A DNA stretch of 64,000 bases from Asterias rubens (lineage: Eukaryota). Both the position numbers and the translations under genes were made by a program. Positions 59,664 to 64,000 of this stretch are shown one piece after another (positions within the stretch are counted from its first letter, which is position 1; each line of letters begins with the position of its first letter). The DNA lies in NCBI RefSeq assembly GCF_902459465.1, contig NC_047064.1, positions 21,204,001 through 21,268,000 on the forward strand. Reading direction: 5' to 3'. Under the pieces are notes generated by a model that worked only from the letters and a program-made list of their open reading frames with translations, ran no database searches and had not been told where the DNA came from.

Positions 59664-60408
59664 CTTCCTTGTAGTGAATTAGAAAACATCATTAGTTTGT
59701 GCACAATGAACCTGTAGGCTAACACCCGATATTCATCCTTCCCAGTGTAATGAAAGGTCTTCCGTTAATGAAAAAACAAACCTTCAAGTTAAACATCAAG
59801 TACTGATTGATGTCAACAGAGTAGACCCAAAGGTCAAGTGGTTTACACTGTGTGGTTATTAAATCGTAATTTATTAATTGCAACCACACACCACTGATAG
59901 ATAACCTTTACTGTACAGTACACTCTTTGTTATTGTGATACACAAGTATGCGGTAGTTACTTCACATACGTACATCAATAAGCAGGCCTCAAAATAACCC
60001 AGGGCACCCACAACAATTGCCTTGGTGCCTTGTACTTTTGGGTGCCCCTGCAAGTTTCCATTACATTTAAGTGCCTCTTACATGTTTTTATGTACCAGAG
60101 GGAAATTTCTGTGCCCCTTCAAGAACAAAATTTTAAGGCCGGAGTAAGGTTTCCTTTCGTGTAGCAGTTTCAAAGCTAATGTTACTTCATGTCATGGAGA
60201 TGGACCTTTACGGCGTGAACTTTTAAAGTACTTCTAAAGCATCATGTTTTGTTCATCGTTTATACTTCGCTTGAGCAGTATATTTATTTTGTCTTCTATC
60301 TATCTATTCATCTTTTTATGACTGCACTTTCTACTCTGTCCTTACTCTATGATCTACCCTAGCATAAACTGACTGCCGTAAATATCAAAGCAGTTTTAAA
60401 TGATAATG

Positions 60409-60554
60409 AGAAAATTACTTCTTTCTTGAAAACTACGTTACTTCAGAGGGAGCCGTTTTCTCACAATGTTTTATACTATCAAAGCTCCCAATTACTCATA
60501 CCAAGTAAGGTTTTATTTATTTTGAGTAATTACCAATAGTCCCACTGCCTTTAA
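60409..60554 (-). mobile_element. MITE family A partial copy
   Basis: Terminal about 145 bp ending CCACTGCCT|TTAA. Confidence 0.7.
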
Positions 60555-62352
60555 TGATAATGAGAACGAGTACACTAATCGCATTATTCAACGCCTCGGT
60601 GTACAGAGGTCAGGCATTGATATTATTTTGTTCTCTATAAATCATCCTGGAGACCATCTGAGATCGACTATATAGCTCCCTTGGGGTTGGAATCTCTGGT
60701 GTGAATGCACAGATGCACAGTACACATCATGTTTGCACTGTAATCCATTATAGTAAGCTGTATACAGTTGGCCTAATTTTGTATGGATTTAATTAGGCTC
60801 TTTACTGCTAACACAAAGATACATTTGTTTATTCAGTGTAAACTGTAGTAGTGGGATATGTAATATAGCCTGGTTGATACATGTACTTACTGCAAATGGG
60901 ATACAAATTTTGACGTCATAAATTCGCAATGAATAATTCGGAAGAGTTGAGCTGTACATGTACACATGTATGTACTCCTGTGAAATATTTGCAACGAAAA
61001 TTTAAAACAGGGCTTTAGTCTGCGACCAAGTTGGTCTCAGCCAAGAGTATCTGCAAATTATTGAAACTTTTTAAGTCAAGCAAACAATTGTTAGAATTCA
61101 ATATGTAAAAGAGATTGAAACATGAAACAGAAATAGATTGATATTAGGTTGTTTCAATTGAAGAGGAAACTGATGCCTGATTGTCAGAAAATGCAGGGAA
61201 TGTGCCTTAGAGGAACATGACAAAACAATCATAAAGAATAAAAAGACCTGATTCAGATTTTTGAAAACCTCACTTCTTTGGACGAAATTGCAGAATTCCT
61301 TGTTCCTAATCAGGGTTCTTCCCCAGGGTTTTTCCAAGAGTCTATGGGATTCAGGACCCACGTTTGTTTAAATGTTTGGCCGAAGCTACATGTAGCTGAA
61401 TTTAAAACAAGGTCTTTGGAATATTTTCTGCTTGGTGTTTATCTTGGTTTAAAAGGCCCTATTGTTTACTCTGGAGCATTCTATATGGTTTTCTCAGGAC
61501 GTTTGTGGTGAAATTGTTTGCATCAACCAAAAATATGTGCATATCGGCCCGAAATCTGTGTGTATGGGTCGGGTGCCCTAGCTTGTGCATATGGGCAGAA
61601 CCCTGCTGATGATCCCCAAACACCCATCCCCCCCCCAAAAAAAAAACAAAAAAAATGTTTTTGGTTTACCTAATTATGTGATACTCCGGATATAGTCAGC
61701 AATTAGTCTGATGTTGGAATTTACATTACACGGAGGAAGGAACTCAATTTGTCCTTCCTCCATATGTGTCAAACAAATTATTCAGTTTAAAGGGAAAGCA
61801 TATTAATTTTTGGGAATTCACTCTTAAATTAATGAAAACTTCTCTTGATTGAAAGTACAGCAACTTTCCATCATAGTGTAAAGTGTTTTGACATGTTTGA
61901 GAATCATTTGATTTTATCCCCTGATATTATTGACTGAAATTTTGTGCAAAATCTTATGTGCAAATAATGTAAAATTTAAAATCTGAGCAATGTCACTGCC
62001 ATGCGCAGATTGTGGATTCTTTACATGTACCTCAAAAATGCTTCCACCTTTTGAAATGACATTTTCACAGTCAAAATGAACACCAATGAATGGTAGACCC
62101 AGGCCTGATACTTCACAGAGGCAATGAAGGCGATTGCCTTGGTGCCCTTCAAATGCTCCAGTAGAAATTTACAATTTCCTCATAGGGTGCCCTTTGCCAA
62201 AGAGAAAAAGCCTTGGTGCCCTTGCCCTTTCATAAAACCAAGCATACAGGCCTGAGACTCGCACTTTGCGGAGGTGAGTTCTATATTGTGCAAGGGATAA
62301 ATATATTCCCAATGATGTCACAGCACCAGCTGGGCACATTTTCATGGCCGGC

Positions 62353-62693
62353 TTAAAGCCAGTGGACACTTTCGGTAAACAGTGTTGTCCAAGCCCCACA
62401 CTTTGTGTAATATAAAATAACAAACCTGTGTCGGCAGAAAATAACGGAAAAACCCACCCTTGTTTCGGCATGTTTCGCCGTGTCATGACATGTGTTTACT
62501 ATAAATTCTATGTAATTCTCGTTGTCGAGAATTGATAATTGTTTTAATGTTTTCTCAAAAAGTAAAGCATTTCATGGAATAATATTTCAAGAGAAGTCTT
62601 TTACCATTACCTTCTGTAAACCCTGTCAGTTATTTGTAAATCTGTGAACTTTTTTTTTTTTTGTTCTGTTCCGAAAGTAATTTATGGCTTTAA
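62353..62693 (+). mobile_element. MITE family B copy
   Basis: TTAA|AGCCAGTGGACAC start; body matches 53833-54207. Confidence 0.8.
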
Positions 62694-64000
62694 CGTAAGC
62701 AAAGAATCAGCATTTATGGAAGCAGGGTATTCTGCGCTAAGTCAAGCATACATGTATTTCACGGGTTAGCAGGGAATCTTTGTTCATGCGTACTCAATAA
62801 AAGTCTTAGACATTCTTCGCTTATGCAGATATCAGAAATAGAGGGCTTGCACAGTAATGAGAAAGCTGAAGATGGTGATCTTAAGTGCATAATTTGGGGG
62901 TAAGCAGAGTAATGAAATAGGGCCCTGTCCTCTCTCTGGATACATTGTACATTACACAATCAATGAGCTATTTCCCTTGTATAGCATAGCAAAAAGCCAA
63001 CCAAAATGTGCCGAGTTGCTACTCAAAAATTACGATTTGTTACTGAATATTGACATTCAGTGTTCACAAAATAAATGTTCTGCTAAATTTAATGCTCAGT
63101 GCAAAAATTGTTGGACTAAAATCGTTCCATGTATTTTGTACACAATCATGACAACTCCTGTACTGTACACTGTGCATCAATTGTATACACTGTGATAGTA
63201 CATTAACTGTACTGAGTTGTTGAAGGTCTATCGGTACTTGACCTTGAATTAACGCTCAGAATACCAGCTGAGCTGCCTGTGTGTGTTCGGACCCCACAGG
63301 ATCCTATAGGGTTCTACCTACACATATTGTCTGTATTCATCAGTTGTTCGGCCATTATTTATTATTTAGTATCTGCTGACATGCAGTGATAAAATATTGA
63401 TTTTTGAAGATCTGGTGAAAATCAATGGCTGCCATCTGTGTTTTTTTTTTTCATATAAAATTCTTCTCTGAGAAGACAATAGAGTAATGTTTTTTAACAC
63501 AAAGTGGGAATGTAAAATGTACTTGATTTTAAAGTGAAAAAAATAGGGCTTTAATTTAGCGCCCTGATCTGGGATAGTTATTAGTTTCCTTTTCCTTCCT
63601 CGTACTTTCCCGTTTACTGCAGTCCCATTTCTCCAGGAAGTAGAACTAAATTTGATCCAGAAATTTTCTGTTTTGATTCGTTGAATATGGGTTCTGTAAT
63701 TTTGTTATAATTTACTCCAAACTCAGACTAGAAAATAGCTGATATGTTTAGTCTTGTTGCAATTTAATATTCACACTAGGGAATTTTGTTAACTGTCTTG
63801 TATGTCAGATTTTAAATTTTTACAACAAATAGTTCATGGCATGAGTTTTCAACCAGGGCCCAATTTCATGAAGTTGTTAAATGCAGAAAGTATTGCCTGA
63901 GACATTTCTTTGCTTAGCAAAAACTTAATGGGGCACCAGTCACAACAATTCAAACAAAATGTAATTTTGGCTGGTACATGTTTCTGTTAAAGCCATTGGA

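Noticed and set aside
61098-61511. Overlapping ORFs on both strands
   Set aside because: No recognisable family, no convincing splice sites, and in-frame stops in the alternative frames.

Overview
AT-rich, intron-rich animal genomic DNA. The repeat landscape and gene structures suggest an invertebrate deuterostome such as a sea star; this is inference, not a database result. Five complete spliced genes were reconstructed by hand from splice signals, reading-frame phase and protein motifs: metaxin-2 (-, 8 coding exons, 265 aa), a cytosolic HSC70-type HSP70 (-, 9 coding exons, 663 aa), SLC25A44 (+, 3 coding exons, 310 aa), CHMP5 (+, 7 exons, 219 aa) and a type II membrane GT49 (LARGE/B4GAT1-like) glycosyltransferase with an extra lumenal domain (-, 16 exons, about 606 aa). 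The window also holds the last exon of an unidentified gene at its left edge and the probable first exon of a gene divergent from the GT49 gene. The rest is dense with non-autonomous DNA transposons (TTAA-flanked, hAT-like, piggyBac-like), tRNA-derived SINEs, LINE 3' fragments and minisatellites. The best-supported unusual feature is an AT-AC U12-type (minor spliceosome) intron that is needed to keep the GT49 gene in frame. Other highlights are a pre-miRNA-like hairpin in an HSP70 intron, a head-to-head gene pair with only 103 bp between the start codons, and the lectin-like plus GT49 domain architecture. I found no evidence of a prokaryotic-type system such as CRISPR or a defence operon.
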